Part shown: positions 25,401-38,159 of the stretch, piece after piece
Position numbering within the stretch: the stretch's first letter is position 1
Layout of the letters: each line of letters begins with the position of its first letter
Origin: Nemertoderma westbladi
Taxonomy: Eukaryota; Animalia; Xenacoelomorpha
Direction of reading: 5' to 3'
Assembly: GCA_032718475.1 (NCBI GenBank)
Contig: JAUCBJ010006978.1
Coordinates: 1 to 46,207, forward strand
DNA length: 46,207 bases
Made by a program: the position numbers and the translations under genes
The notes under the pieces: generated by a model
Told to the model about the DNA's origin: nothing
The model's database searches: none
The model's input: the letters and a program-made list of their open reading frames with translations, nothing else

Positions 25401-28400
25401 AACCAGACTGCTACTGTCAACAGTTATTTGATACTACCAACAACCAGATTGAAGTCTCCAGTCTTTATGAGTCTGAATTATTTGATACAACCCACGACCA
25501 GACTGCTACTGTCCCCAGGTAATTGATACTACCAACAACCAGATTGAAGTCTCCAGTCTTTATGAGTCTGATTTATTTTATACTACCCACAACCAGACTG
25601 CTACAACTCTCCCCAGCTATTTTATACTACCAACAATCAGATTGAAGTCTCCAGTGTTTATGAGTCTGAATTATTTCATACTAACAACAACCAGACTGCT
25701 ACTGTCCACAGTTATTTTATATTACGAACAACCAGATTGAAGTCTCCAGTCATTGAGTCTGAATTATTTGATACTAACAACAACCAGACTGCTACTGTCC
25801 CCAGTTATTTGATACTACCAACAACCAGATTGAAGTCTCTAGTCTTTATGAGTCTGAATTATTTGATACTAACAACAACCAGACTGCTACTGTCAACAGT
25901 TATTTGATACTACCAACAATCAGATTGAAGTCTCCAGTGTTTATGAGGCTGAATTATTTGATACTAACAACAACCAGACTGCTACTGTCAACAGTTATTT
26001 GATACTACCAACAACCAGATTGAAGTCTCCAGTCTTTATGAGTCTGAATTATTTGATACTACCCACAACCAGACTGCTACTGTCCCCAGTTATTTGATAC
26101 TACCAACAACCAGATTGAAGTCTCCAGTCTTTATGAGTCTGAATTATTTGATACTACCCACAACCAGACTGCTACTGTCCCCAGTTATTTTATATTACCA
26201 ACAACCAGATTGAAGTCTCCAGTCTTTATGAGTCTGAATTATTTGATACTACCCACAACCAGACTGCTACTGTCCCCAGTTATTTTATATTACCAACAAC
26301 CACATTGAAGTCTCCAGTCTTTATGAGTCTTACTTATTTGATACAACCCACGACCAGACTGCTACTGTCCCCAGTTATTTGATACTACCCCCACAACCAC
26401 ATTGAAGTCTCCAGTGTTTATGAGTCTAAATTATTTGATCCACAACCAGATTGAAGTCTCCAGTCTTTATCAGTATGAATTATTTGATACTACCCACAAC
26501 CAGACTGCTACTGTCCCCAGTTATTTGATATAACCCACGACCAGACTGCTAATGTCCCCAGTTATTTGATACTACGAACAACCAGATTGAAGTCTCCAGT
26601 CTTTATGAGTCTGAATTATTTAATACTAACAACAACCAGACTGCTACTGTCCCCAGTTATTTGATACTACCAACAACCAGATTGAAGTCTCCAGCCTTTA
26701 TGAGTCTGAATTATTTGATACTACCCACAACCAGATTGAAGTCTCCAGTCTTTATGAGTCTGAATTATTTGATACTACCCACGACCAGACTGCTACTGTC
26801 CCCAGTTATTTGATACTACCAACAACCAGATTGAAGTCTCCAGTCTTTATGAGTCTGAATTATTTGATACTAACAACAACCAGACTGCTACTTACTGTCC
26901 CCAGTTATTTGATACTACCAACAACCAGATTGAAGTCTCCAGTCTTTATGAGTCTGAATTATTTGATACTAACAACAACCAGTCTGCTACTGTCCACAGT
27001 TATTTTATATTACGAACAACCAGATTGAAGTCTCCAGTCATTGAGTCTGAATTATTTGATACTAACAACAACCAGACTGCTACAGTCCCAAATTATTTGA
27101 TACTACCAACAACCAGATTGAAGTCTCCAGTCTTTATGAGTCTGAATTATTTGATACTAACAACAACCAGACTGCTACTGTCCCCAGTTACAGTATTATA
27201 TACTACCAACAACCAGAGTGAAGTCTCCAGTCTTTATGAGTCTGAATTATTTGATACAACCCACGACCAGACTGCTACTGTCCCCAGTTATTTGATACTA
27301 CCCCCCCCCCCCCCCCAACCAGATTGAAGTCTCCAGTCTTTATGAGTCTGGATTATTTGATACTAACAACAACCAGACTGCTACTGTCCCCAGTTATTTG
27401 ATACTACCCCCACAACCAGATTGAAGTCTCCAGTCTTTATGAGTCTGAATTATTTGATACTACCCACAACCAGACTGCTACTGTCCCCAGTTATTTGATA
27501 CTACCCCCACAACCAGATTGAAGTCTCCAGTCTTTATGAGTCTGAATTATTTTATACTAACAACAACCAGACTGCTACTGTCCCCAGTTATTTGATACTA
27601 CCCCCACAACCAGATTGAAGTCTCCAGTCTTTATGAGTCTGAATTATTTGCTACTAACAACAACCAGACAGCTACAACTGTCCCCAGTTATTTGATACTA
27701 CCCCCACAACCAGATTGAAGTCTCCAGTGTTGATGAGTCTGAATTATTTGATACTAACAACAACCAGACTGCTACTGTCCCCAGTTATTTGATACTACCC
27801 CCACAACCAGATTGAAGTCTCCAGTGTTGATGAGTCTGAATTATTTGATACTATCAACAACCAGACTGCTACTGTCCCCAGTTATTTGATACTACCCCCA
27901 CAACCAGATTGAAGTCTCCAGTCTTTATGAGTCTGAATTATTTGATACTAACAACAACCAGGCTGCTACTGTCCCCAGTTATTTGATACTACCCCCACAA
28001 CCAGATTGAAGTCTCCAGTGTTGATGAGTCTGAATTATTTGATACTAACAACAACCAGACTGCTACTGTCCCCAGTTATTTTATACTACCAACAATCAGA
28101 TTGAAGTCTCCAGTGTTTATGAGTCTGAATTATTTGATACTACCCACAACCAGACTGCTACTGTCAACAGTTATTTGATACTACCAACAACCAGATTGAA
28201 GTCTCCAGTCTTTATGAGTCTGAATTATTTGATACAACCCACGACCAGACTGCTACTGTCCCCAGGTAATTGATACTACCAACAACCAGATTGAAGTCTC
28301 CAGTCTTTATGAGTCTGATTTATTTTATACTACCCACAACCAGACTGCTACAACTCTCCCCAGCTATTTTATACTACCAACAATCAGATTGAAGTCTCCA

Positions 28401-31400
28401 GTGTTTATGAGTCTGAATTATTTCATACTAACAACAACCAGACTGCTACTGTCCACAGTTATTTTATATTACGAACAACCAGATTGAAGTCTCCAGTCAT
28501 TGAGTCTGAATTATTTGATACTAACAACAACCAGACTGCTACTGTCCCCAGTTATTTGATACTACCAACAACCAGATTGAAGTCTCTAGTCTTTATGAGT
28601 CTGAATTATTTGATACTAACAACAACCAGACTGCTACTGTCAACAGTTATTTGATACTACCAACAATCAGATTGAAGTCTCCAGTGTTTATGAGGCTGAA
28701 TTATTTGATACTAACAACAACCAGACTGCTACTGTCAACAGTTATTTGATACTACCAACAACCAGATTGAAGTCTCCAGTCTTTATGAGTCTGAATTATT
28801 TGATACTACCCACAACCAGACTGCTACAACTCTCCCCAGCTATTTTATACTACCAACAATCAGATTGAAGTCTCCAGTGTTTATGAGTCTGAATTATTTG
28901 ATACTAACAACAACCAGACTGCTACTGTCCCCAGTTATTTGATACTACCAACAACCAGATTGAAGTCTCCAGTCTTTATGAGTCTGAATTATTTGATAGA
29001 ACCCACAACCAGACTGCTACAACTCTCCCCAGCTATTTTATACTACCAACAATCAGATTGAAGTCTCCAGTGTTTATGAGTCTGAATTATTTGATACTAA
29101 CAACAACCAGACTGCTACTGTCCCCAGTTATTTGATACTACCCACAACCAGATTGAAGTCTCCAGTCTTTATGAGTCTGAATTATTTGATAGAACCCACA
29201 ACCAGACTGCTACAACTCTCCCCAGCTATTTTATACTACCAACAATCAGATTGAAGTCTCCAGTGTTTATGAGTCTGAATTATTTGATACTAACAACAAC
29301 CGACTGCTACTGTCCCCAGTTATTTGATACTACCAACAACCAGATTGAAGTCTCCAGTCTTTATGAGTCTGAATTATTTGATAGAACCCACAACCAGACT
29401 GCTACAACTCTCCCCAGCTATTTTATACTACCAACAATCAGATTGAAGTCTCCAGTGTTTATGAGTCTGAATTATTTGATACTAACAACAACCAGACTGC
29501 TACTGTCCCCAGTTATTTTATACTACCAACAATCAGATTGAAGTCTCCAGTGTTTATGAGTCTGAATTATTTGATACTACCCACAACCAGACTGCTACAA
29601 CTCTCCCCAGCTATTTTATACTACCAACAATTAGATTGAAGTCTCCAGTGTTTATGAGTCTGAATTATTTGATACTAACAACAACCAGATTGAAGTCTCC
29701 AGTCTTTATGAGTCTGAATTATTTGATACAACCCACGACCAGACTGCTACTGTCCCCAGGTAATTGATACTACCAACAACCAGATTGAAGTCTCCAGTCT
29801 TTATGAGTCTGAATTATTTGATACTACCCACAACCAGATTGAAGTCTCCAGTCTTTATGAGTCTGAATTATTTGATACAACCCACGACCAGACTGCTACT
29901 GTCCCCAGGTAATTGATACTACCAACAACCAGATTGAAGTCTCCAGTCTTTATGAGTCTGAATTATTTGATACTACCCACAACCAGACTGCTACAACTCT
30001 CCCCAGCTATTTTATACTACCAACAATCAGATTGAAGTCTCCAGTGTTTATGAGTCTGAATTATTTGATACTAACAACAACCAGACTGCTACTGTCAACA
30101 GTTATTTGATACTACCAACAACCAGATTGAAGTCTCCAGTCTTTATGAGTCTGAATTATTTGATACTACCCACAACCAGACTGCTACTGTCCCCAGTTAT
30201 TTGATACTACCAACAACCAGATTGAAGTCTCCAGTCTTTATGAGTCTGAATTATTTGATACTAACAACAACCAGACTGCTACTGTCAACAGTTATTTGAT
30301 ACTACCAACAACCAGATTGAAGTCTCCAGTCTTTATGAGTCTGAATTATTTTATACTAACAACAACCAGGCTACTACTGTCCCCAGTTATTTGATACTAC
30401 CCCCACAACCAGATTGAAGTCTCCAGTCTTTATGAGTCTAAATTATTTGATCCACAACCAGATTGAAGTCTCCAGTGTTGATGAGTCTGAATTATTTGAT
30501 ACAAACAACAACCAGACTGCTAAACTGTCCCCAGTTATTTGATATAACCCACGACCAGACTGCTACTGTCCCCAGTTATTTGATACTACCAACAACCAGA
30601 TTGAAGTCTCCAGTCTTTATGAGTCTGAATTATTTGATACTACCCACGACCAGACTGCTACTGTCCCCAGTTATTTGATACTACCAACAACCAGATTGAA
30701 GTCTCCAGTCTTTATGAGTCTGAATTATTTGATACTAACAACAACCAGACTGCTACTTACTGTCCCCAGTTATTTGATACTACCAACAACCAGATTGAAG
30801 TCTCCAGTCTTTATGAGTCTGAATTATTTAATACTAACAACAACCAGACTGCTACTGTCCCCAGTTATTTGATACTACCAACAACCAGATTGAAGTCTCC
30901 AGTCTTTATGAGTCTGAATTATTTGATACTACCCACGACCAGACTGCTACTGTCCCCAGTTATTTGATACTACCAACAACCAGATTGAAGTCTCCAGTCT
31001 TTATGAGTCTGAATTATTTGATACTAACAACAACCAGACTGCTACTTACTGTCCCCAGTTATTTGATACTACCAACAACCAGATTGAAGTCTCCAGTCTT
31101 TATGAGTCTGAATTATTTGATACTAACAACAACCAGTCTGCTACTGTCCACAGTTATTTTATATTACGAACAACCAGATTGAAGTCTCCAGTCTTTATGA
31201 GTCTGAATTATTTGATACTACCCACGACCAGACTGCTACTGTCCCCAGTTATTTGATACTACCCCCCCCCCCCCCCAACCAAATTGAAGTCTCCAGTCTT
31301 TATGAGTCTGGATTATTTGATACTAACAACAACCAGACTGCTACTGTCCCCAGTTACAGTATTATATACTACCAACAACCAGAGTGAAGTCTCCAGTCTT

Positions 31401-32520
31401 TATGAGTCTGAATTATTTGATACAACCCACGACCAGACTGCTACTGTCCCCAGTTATTTGATACTACCCCCCCCCCCCAACCAAATTGAAGTCTCCAGTC
31501 TTTATGAGTCTGGATTATTTGATACTAACAACAACCAGACTGCTACTGTCCCCAGTTATTTGATACTACCCCCACAACCAGATTGAAGTCTCCAGTCTTT
31601 ATGAGTCTGAATTATTTGATACTAACAACAACCAGACTGCTACTGTCCCCAGTTATTTGATACTACCCCCACAACCAGATTGAAGTCTCCAGTCTTTATG
31701 AGTCTGAATTATTTGCTACTAACAACAACCAGACTGCTACAACTGTCCCCAGTTATTTGATACTACCCCCACAACCAGATTGAAGTCTCCAGTCTTGATG
31801 AGTCTGAATTATTTGATACTAACAACAACCAGACTGCTACTGTCCCCAGTTATTTGATACTACCCCCACAACCAGATTGAAGTCTCCAGTCTTGATGAGT
31901 CTGAATTATTTGATACTAACAACAACCAGACTGCTACTGTCCCCAGTTATTTGATACTACCCCCACAACCAGATTGAAGTCTCTAGTCTTTATGAGTCTG
32001 AATTATTTGATACTAACAACAACCAGGCTGCTACTGTCCCCAGTTATTTGATACTACCCCCACAACCAGATTGAAGTCTCCAGTCTTGATGAGTCTGAAT
32101 TATTTGATACTAACAACAACCAGACTGCTACTGTCCCCAGTTATTATATACTAACAACAACCAGATTGAAGTCTCCAGTCTTTATGAGTCTGAATTATTT
32201 GATACTAACAACAACCAGACTGCTACTGTCCCCAGTTATTTGATACTACCCCCACAACCAGATTGAAGTCTCCAGTCTTTATGAGTCTGAATTATTTGAT
32301 ACTAACAACAACCAGACTGCTACTGTCCCCAGTTATTTGATACTACCCCCACAACCAGATTGAAGTCTCTAGTCTTTATGAGTCTGAATTATTTGATACT
32401 AACAACAACCAGACTGCTACTGTCCCCAGTTATTTGATACTACCAACAACCAGATTGAAGTCTCCAGTCGTTGAGTCTGAATTATTTGATACAACCCACA
32501 ACCACAACCAGACTGTTACA
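19425..32520. repeat. Complex satellite of two related subunits (~54 bp + ~41 bp = ~95 bp) with higher-order duplications; interrupted by a LINE at 20297-21036
   Basis: Subunit A GATTGAAGTCTCCAGTCTTTATGAGTCTGAATTATTTGATACTAACAACAACCA; subunit B GACTGCTACTGTCCCCAGTTATTTGATACTACCAACAACCA; identical ORF-track peptides recur at 24064, 26810 and 30964. Confidence 0.97.
20297..21036 (+). mobile_element. 5'-truncated LINE inserted in the satellite; related to the LINE at 43420
   Basis: Frame 20308-20925 aligns with the C-terminus of the 874-aa ORF (DKIKSSYLKRVLGLHKNTHNRLVIA; HGFHHLIC..CCCKLCG..YHLLEC). It has one TGA (20683) where the other copy has Trp, followed by an AT-rich 3' UTR. Confidence 0.9.
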
Positions 32521-32581
32521 TCCAGTATGTTGTCTGCAGCCTATTGTCTAGTCAAAATTATTTTTATTATTAGATACTAAC

Positions 32582-32789
32582 CACATGAAGTCTGTTGTCT
32601 CCAGTCTCCCTGCATGACCACACCTGCATTCTGACACAGACGCACTAAAGCCTCGAAGTATTGACATTTGGCTCTTGGGTTATCGGGAAGGGCGTCGCAC
32701 ATATTTTCAAAGCAGGAAATTAAGATGTTTTCAACGAATGGCATACTGGAACATTCCGCAAGACTCGCCACATTTAGAATACCTAGGCA
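32582..32789 (-). CDS. Exon of the VWD-C8-TIL protein gene: C8 domain
   Basis: ctttAG acceptor, GTTAGT donor, 208 bp, phase 0 to 1; CLGILNVASLAECSSMPFVENILISCFENMCDALPDNPRAKCQYFEALVRLCQNAGVVMQGDWRQQTSC, with the C8-type terminal WRxxxxC. Confidence 0.92.
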
Positions 32790-33883
32790 CTAAAGTATAA
32801 TATAAACTGTCGACAATAAAATGTACGAAGTCCTTAACTAATGTATAGTGGTGTATATTAAATTTTAGATATATAATAGTACGCATGTCAATATAATGTA
32901 TTTATGTTTTTTTTTAAGTCGACGTTATATATATGCCGTAAAATAAAGTAAATTAAGAAGTGTATTATATTTTACGATTTGAAATATAGCACTCGAAAAA
33001 TGAAAACTTTTGTTATCTGTCCCATACTACAATAATTATTTTCCTTTAGATTTTTGTTTGATATTAAACTTTACATTACTTTTTATTACTTATATTTATT
33101 GACCATCATATTTCATCATATTTTATGATAAACTTTTCTTTTGAATTCTGAATATTGAAATACTTACTTATATTTATTGACCTAGCGGCTGACTTGGATA
33201 TTGATTTTGCTTTATTATTCACAAATCAGGGGAAATTCAACCAGAGCCAAACCACTAAACAGTAGTTACCATTGAATAGTCAAAAATGTGGTGAAACCGC
33301 AACAGGAACACCATTTTGAATAAATCATCTAGGACTACGCCACCTTAAGTTTTACTCAAAGTATTGCATAACTTTGAGGATTTCAAATCGGCTTGGACAC
33401 AAAATTATCAATTTTCAAATATGTGCTTGGATTCCAAAAGCAGTTCGATCATTGATGCGATACATGTTTCATGCGGCTACAGACAAATGAAACCGATTTT
33501 GATACGAAAGTACTGTTTGGTATTTTCGTAAGAGAGGAAGTTGTTGCGTCCATAACAGACAACAGATGCAGGAGCAGCACCAATCGAATTATAGGCCTAC
33601 AATGAGAAAACTGGGGCACTGAGAAGTAATACAAAAAAATCAATTTTCAAAAAAATCATTTTACTGATACAATTTGGTTGGTGATGCAATTTAAATTTGT
33701 GAATTAATACTATAGTGGAGTCGATCTGTCTATCTGTGACTGAATGGGGAATGAGTAATATTTACACTGGCGTGTTGTACATTAATTGCTATATATCGGT
33801 AACTAGAAATCGCGATAATTAATTGAGTTAATGATGGTTGATTCATAGTATAAATATAATTAAATTTGTTGCGAGATTATAAC

Positions 33884-33937
33884 AGTATTATAATATATTT
33901 CGTACCGACTGGCGGTGCTTCATCAGATATAGGTACT
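33884..33937 (-). ncRNA. Minimal type I hammerhead-ribozyme-like motif in the Penelope terminal repeat (element-sense copy)
   Basis: CTGATGA-A-GCACCG-CCAGT-CGGTAC-GAAA-TATATT: both core boxes, stem II with one C-A mismatch, short palindromic stem III. Confidence 0.7.
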
Positions 33938-34268
33938 AAGGTAGGTTAACAAATACTAATGATAAGGGTACAATATAATAGAAAGGGAAACACATAAGTA
34001 TGATTAATGACATTCAGATGTAAATACAGTAATTGTAATATTAACATAGCGATACTTCAGTACTTAGGCATTCGGAATTCTGACTACGAGCACAGTGTAG
34101 GTCTATAGCAGTAATGACACGGTAACTGTATAACTGTATGATAAATCTAATATGATTAGGTCTGTTATAATTGTATTGTATGTACAGTATAAAGTTGATG
34201 AAGCATGAAGAGTTATACAGTATGTATTTTTAACTAAATTTTATGCATTATGAAAACTAATAGTTTCT

Positions 34269-34529
34269 TATCCTAAATTAATAAATGCTAATTTGTTATA
34301 TCCTAAATTAATAAATGCTAATATGTCATATCCTAAATTAATAAATGCTAATTTGTCATATCCTAAATTAATAAATGCTAATTTGTCATATCCTAAATTA
34401 ATAAATGCTAATTTGTCATATCCTAAATTAATAAATGCTATTTGTTATATCCTAAATTAATAAATACTAATATGTCATATCCTAAATTAATAAATGCTAT
34501 TTGTTATATCCTAAATTAATAAATGCTAC
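34269..34529. repeat. 30-bp minisatellite (~9 copies) in the Penelope 3' UTR
   Basis: TATCCTAAATTAATAAATGCTAATTTGTCA units. Confidence 0.95.
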
Positions 34530-34581
34530 TATTTTATTATATAGTTATTGTAACCTCCCCCTCCCCTATTTTTTTTTTGTG

Positions 34582-35262
34582 TTAGTGTGTATGTTTTTTG
34601 TGGTTTTGGGCCCTGTTGTAGAAATCTTGGATACCGCGTAGAAATGGTACGAATATTGATGATACGTTCACTGATAATCTACCGTTAATTACTTTGTCAC
34701 CTCCTTCTTTTCTAAATAAACTTTCTAGAATTCTTCGTCTTAAAGTGTGGTTTAGTCCTCTGTGCAATATTTTGGAGTTATCAAAGTCGGGTGTGTGTTG
34801 TGATGTGATGATATGGGCGGTGAGTTCTGATTGTTTGATTCTACTATGTTTTATGTCTGCGGTGTGTTGTTTTTGTCGGACGTCCTTTGTATAACTAGAT
34901 TCTCCTATGTAAAATTTCCCACATGAGCAAGGTATACTGTATGTTACGGAGTTTGGGGGTCTTTTGGGTTTGTGTCCTTTGCAGATAATTGATCCAATGG
35001 ATGTACCGGGTTGAAAGTAGGTACCGATATTGTAACGATTACATAAACGTTCTAAATCTTCCGTTAGATCTTTTACGTATGGAAGGGGAATGTTAGTCAG
35101 TGATTTTTCTTTAGGGGTTAATTTTCTGGTGGTATTTAAAGCTTTTCTGAAGGAGTTGTGTATGATACGTGTGGGATATCCGTTTTTTGTTAGAGTGTTT
35201 TTGTATGTATCGAGTTGTTGGTCTAGACTTCCGTCAGTACATAGGGATTTACAAGTAAACGC
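34582..35262 (-). CDS. C-terminal fragment of the Penelope ORF (RT thumb/linker plus GIY-YIG endonuclease), 226 aa, no start codon
   Basis: Uninterrupted frame ...KNGYPTRII...PLPYVKDL...VTYSIPCSCGKFYIGES..RQKQH..ELTAH..RRRILESLF...; the ORF track shows only its last 61 aa. Confidence 0.88.
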   Translation of the reverse strand, partial: AFTCKSLCTDGSLDQQLDTYKNTLTKNGYPTRIIHNSFRKALNTTRKLTPKEKSLTNIPLPYVKDLTEDLERLCNRYNIGTYFQPGTSIGSIICKGHKPKRPPNSVTYSIPCSCGKFYIGESSYTKDVRQKQHTADIKHSRIKQSELTAHIITSQHTPDFDNSKILHRGLNHTLRRRILESLFRKEGGDKVINGRLSVNVSSIFVPFLRGIQDFYNRAQNHKKHTH

Positions 35263-35384
35263 TAAGTATCGCTATGTTAATATTACAATTACTGTATTTA
35301 CATCTGAATGTCATTAATCATACTTATGTGTTTCCCTTTCTATTATATTGTACCCTTATCATTAGTATTTTGTTAACCTACCTT

Positions 35385-35438
35385 AGTACCTATATCTGAT
35401 GAAGCACCGCCAGTCGGTACGAAATATATTATAATACT
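35385..35438 (+). ncRNA. Second copy of the hammerhead-like motif in the inverted terminal repeat
   Basis: CTGATGA at 35396-35402, GAAA at 35421-35424. Confidence 0.65.
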
Positions 35439-36202
35439 GTTATAATCTCGCAACAAATTTAATTATATTTATACTATGAATCGCATCAAAAATTTAAATA
35501 GATAAAAAAAATACCGATAAATTAATGTAACTGATGAAAAATATAATTCCACTGCAGGGTAATGTAATAATTTTCCACTAATGTTATATTAGCGATCATT
35601 TTTCACATATTAAAATTTGGATTGCTGTATTGGATTTAGGTGTAATTAATTTATTTGTTAGTTGAAAAATCGCAATTGTTTATCACATGGCTGAGTAGTT
35701 TTTTGGGATTAAAAGGTTTTTGGGGTCGACAAATCTGATGGACTGGGTTACATACCCACGTTTGTAGAGAAGTAGTGTTAATAAGCTTTCCTTTTGGTTC
35801 AAGCCAAAATGGTAGTAAAAATGAGGAAATTATTATAAAAATTTCCGTTGCTCCAGAAACTAAATTGGTAAAATGTAGTAGTGCAGTTCAGTCAGCAATC
35901 GATAGTCATTGGATTAAAGTTTGGCTACGCCAAGTTTGGAAAAAACCCACCAATTAGTTGCCTTGTTGCGATGTAAATTCCATGTTGCTAAGAAAAGAAA
36001 CAGGAAATTGAAACTGATCCGTATAATATATTTTTATATCTAGCAAAAATCTATCTAGGAAAATTATTATACTTATAAATATTAATACTTATAAATTCTT
36101 ATGAAATTTTCATTTTTTTTTGGATTTGAAAATGTTCTTCGATAATTTTTTCACCTACAGCCCAAATTTAGTAGGATTTTATTGCATGATTACAAAAATA
36201 CA

Positions 36203-36272
36203 GCGGGGGGGCCGAATCGACCCCCCGCCAGTTCTGCTAATGGTCTAAACACCCCAGTGCTAATAGGGTTAA
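36203..36272. mobile_element. piggyBac-like non-autonomous element right terminus
   Basis: GC hairpin GCGGGGGGGCCGAATCGACCCCCCGC, then ...AATAGGG followed by TTAA; left end not located. Confidence 0.45.
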
Positions 36273-36507
36273 GGAAGTTAGTGGAAGTTAAAAACCGCTT
36301 AAAAAGAGTTTAGAGCTTAGAAATGACTCGGCTCGATCTGGCTCGATAGGTTTGACTGGGCTCGATAGGTTCGATCCGTTTCGATAGGCTCGACTCGGCT
36401 CTATATCTATCTATATTATATATACTTTTTGGAGTATTAACAAGGTAATAAAGAATAAAAATTGGTTTGGATGAATTGCGACATGACCTACTATAAAAGT
36501 GACCTTC

Positions 36508-37084
36508 TTTAAACTGAGATATTTCTCTGCAGGGGGGTCACAAGTTGAGTCCGAGCCCAGAGAAAGTCTATAAACTGCTATATTTCTCTACAGGGGGTCA
36601 CAAGTTGAGTCAGAGCCCGGAGAGACTCATTAAACTGAGATATTTCTCTGCAGGGGGGTCACAAGTTAAGTCCGAGCCCAGAGAGAGTCTATAAACTGCT
36701 ATATTTCTCTACAGGGGGTCACAAGTTGAGGCAGAGCCCGGAGAGACTCATTAAACTGATATATTTCTCTACAGGGGGGTCACAAGTTGAGTCCGCGCCC
36801 AGAGAGAGTCTATAAACTGCTATATTTCTCTACAGGGGGTCACAAGTTGAGTCAGAGCCCGGAGAGACTCATTAAACTGAGATATTTCTCTACAGGGGGG
36901 TCACAAGTTGAGTCCGAGCCCAGAGAGAGTCATTAAACTGCTATATTTCTCTACAGGGGGTCACAAGTTGAGTCCGAGCCCAGAGAGAGTCTTTAAACTG
37001 CTATATTTCTCTACAGGGGGTCACAAGTTGAGTCCGAGCCCAGAGAGAGTCTTTAAACTGCTATATTTCTCTACAGGGGGTCAC
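36508..37084. repeat. 60/61-bp minisatellite, ~9.5 copies, alternating variants in the left part
   Basis: TAAACTGCTATATTTCTCTACAGGGGGTCACAAGTTGAGTCCGAGCCCAGAGAGAGTC units. Confidence 0.95.
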
Positions 37085-37243
37085 CCATTAAATTTTGTGT
37101 TTTACGTTTAATTTTCAGAATTAACTTAATCTATTTAAATATTAAATGTGTTTTTACACAGGAGGTGGTGACTGGTAAATATTGGGTCGGTAGTTGTAAT
37201 ATATACTAATATAAATAATAAAGTATTAACATAAAGAACTTGA

Positions 37244-37378
37244 TAGTAATATAAAGTATATAATAGTAATATAAAGTATATAATAGTAATATAAAGTATA
37301 TAATAGTAATATAAAGTATATAATAGTAATATAAAGTATATAATAGTAAAATAAAGTATATAATAGTAATATAAAGTA
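37244..37378. repeat. 20-bp AT-rich minisatellite, ~7 copies
   Basis: TAGTAATATAAAGTATATAA units. Confidence 0.95.
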
Positions 37379-38159
37379 ATAATATCAGTAACGCATGGGT
37401 TGAGGGACCGTTTACGTACGTAAAAAACAGACATAGGAAAAAGAAATCACAGCCCAGGAAAACCCCAATAACAATAGCTATTGCAGCCCTTAGCAATGTA
37501 CTTTTAGGAGATGGTGTGCTTTACTTTTTATTTGGACAGACATACAGTTGGAGAGACCGACCGATAGTCTTACAGAAATTTAAGTAAATGAATTTAAATT
37601 CAATATTATAGTCCAACAAAAATGTATATTACACTTTATTCAAACTTATTTCATTTTTTGAGGAGTATGCCATTTCAATATGTTGACTTCAAACACAGTA
37701 ACCCCCATTATCTTATTAGTATTTTACGGTTTGTTTACGCAGTCTGAGCTATGCTGCTTGATTTCTCCATGAAAAAATCGTTGATTGATGTCACCATTGA
37801 TAAAAAAACGCATGGAGAGTGTAACTGTAAAAATAACAACCAGTTTATAAGTAAAAAAATGTCGGCCTACTAAATTTAGAGGGTTGCTGCAGCTTGCCAG
37901 GTCGTATTATAGCAGGTCATGATTGCGATGATTATTAACACGAAAATTGCCACCAACTCAACGATAGAAACACCAGCTGCTGGTATTCATGAGGGCCTAG
38001 TAAGCTACAGTACTACTATTGATTGAATGGATAGGCCCAAACTGCAGGGAAGTATATTACTTGCCAAGTTTATTACTCTCTCACTCTATCCCAGACAAGT
38101 AATCAAAATAATATCAACTATCCCAGACTATCCCAGATAAGTAATCAAATATCAACTGT

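Larger units (their letters stand above)
33840..35482 (-). mobile_element. 5'-truncated Penelope-like retroelement with an inverted copy of its 3' end
   Basis: 33840-34057 and 35264-35482 are inverted repeats differing by one indel as far as I can read; they enclose a GIY-YIG-encoding frame. Confidence 0.9.

Noticed and set aside
19816-31586. Thr-rich plus-strand ORFs in the ~95-bp array as a mucin PTS domain
   Set aside because: Wrong strand for the gene, frequent stops, and unit length is not a multiple of three
33449-33643. Acceptor-like site and short ORF as an extra exon
   Set aside because: No VWD/C8-like residues, and the flanking exons already join in frame
37135-37496. Tyr/Ile/Leu-rich membrane-like ORFs
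   Set aside because: Translation of the 20-bp AT-rich minisatellite
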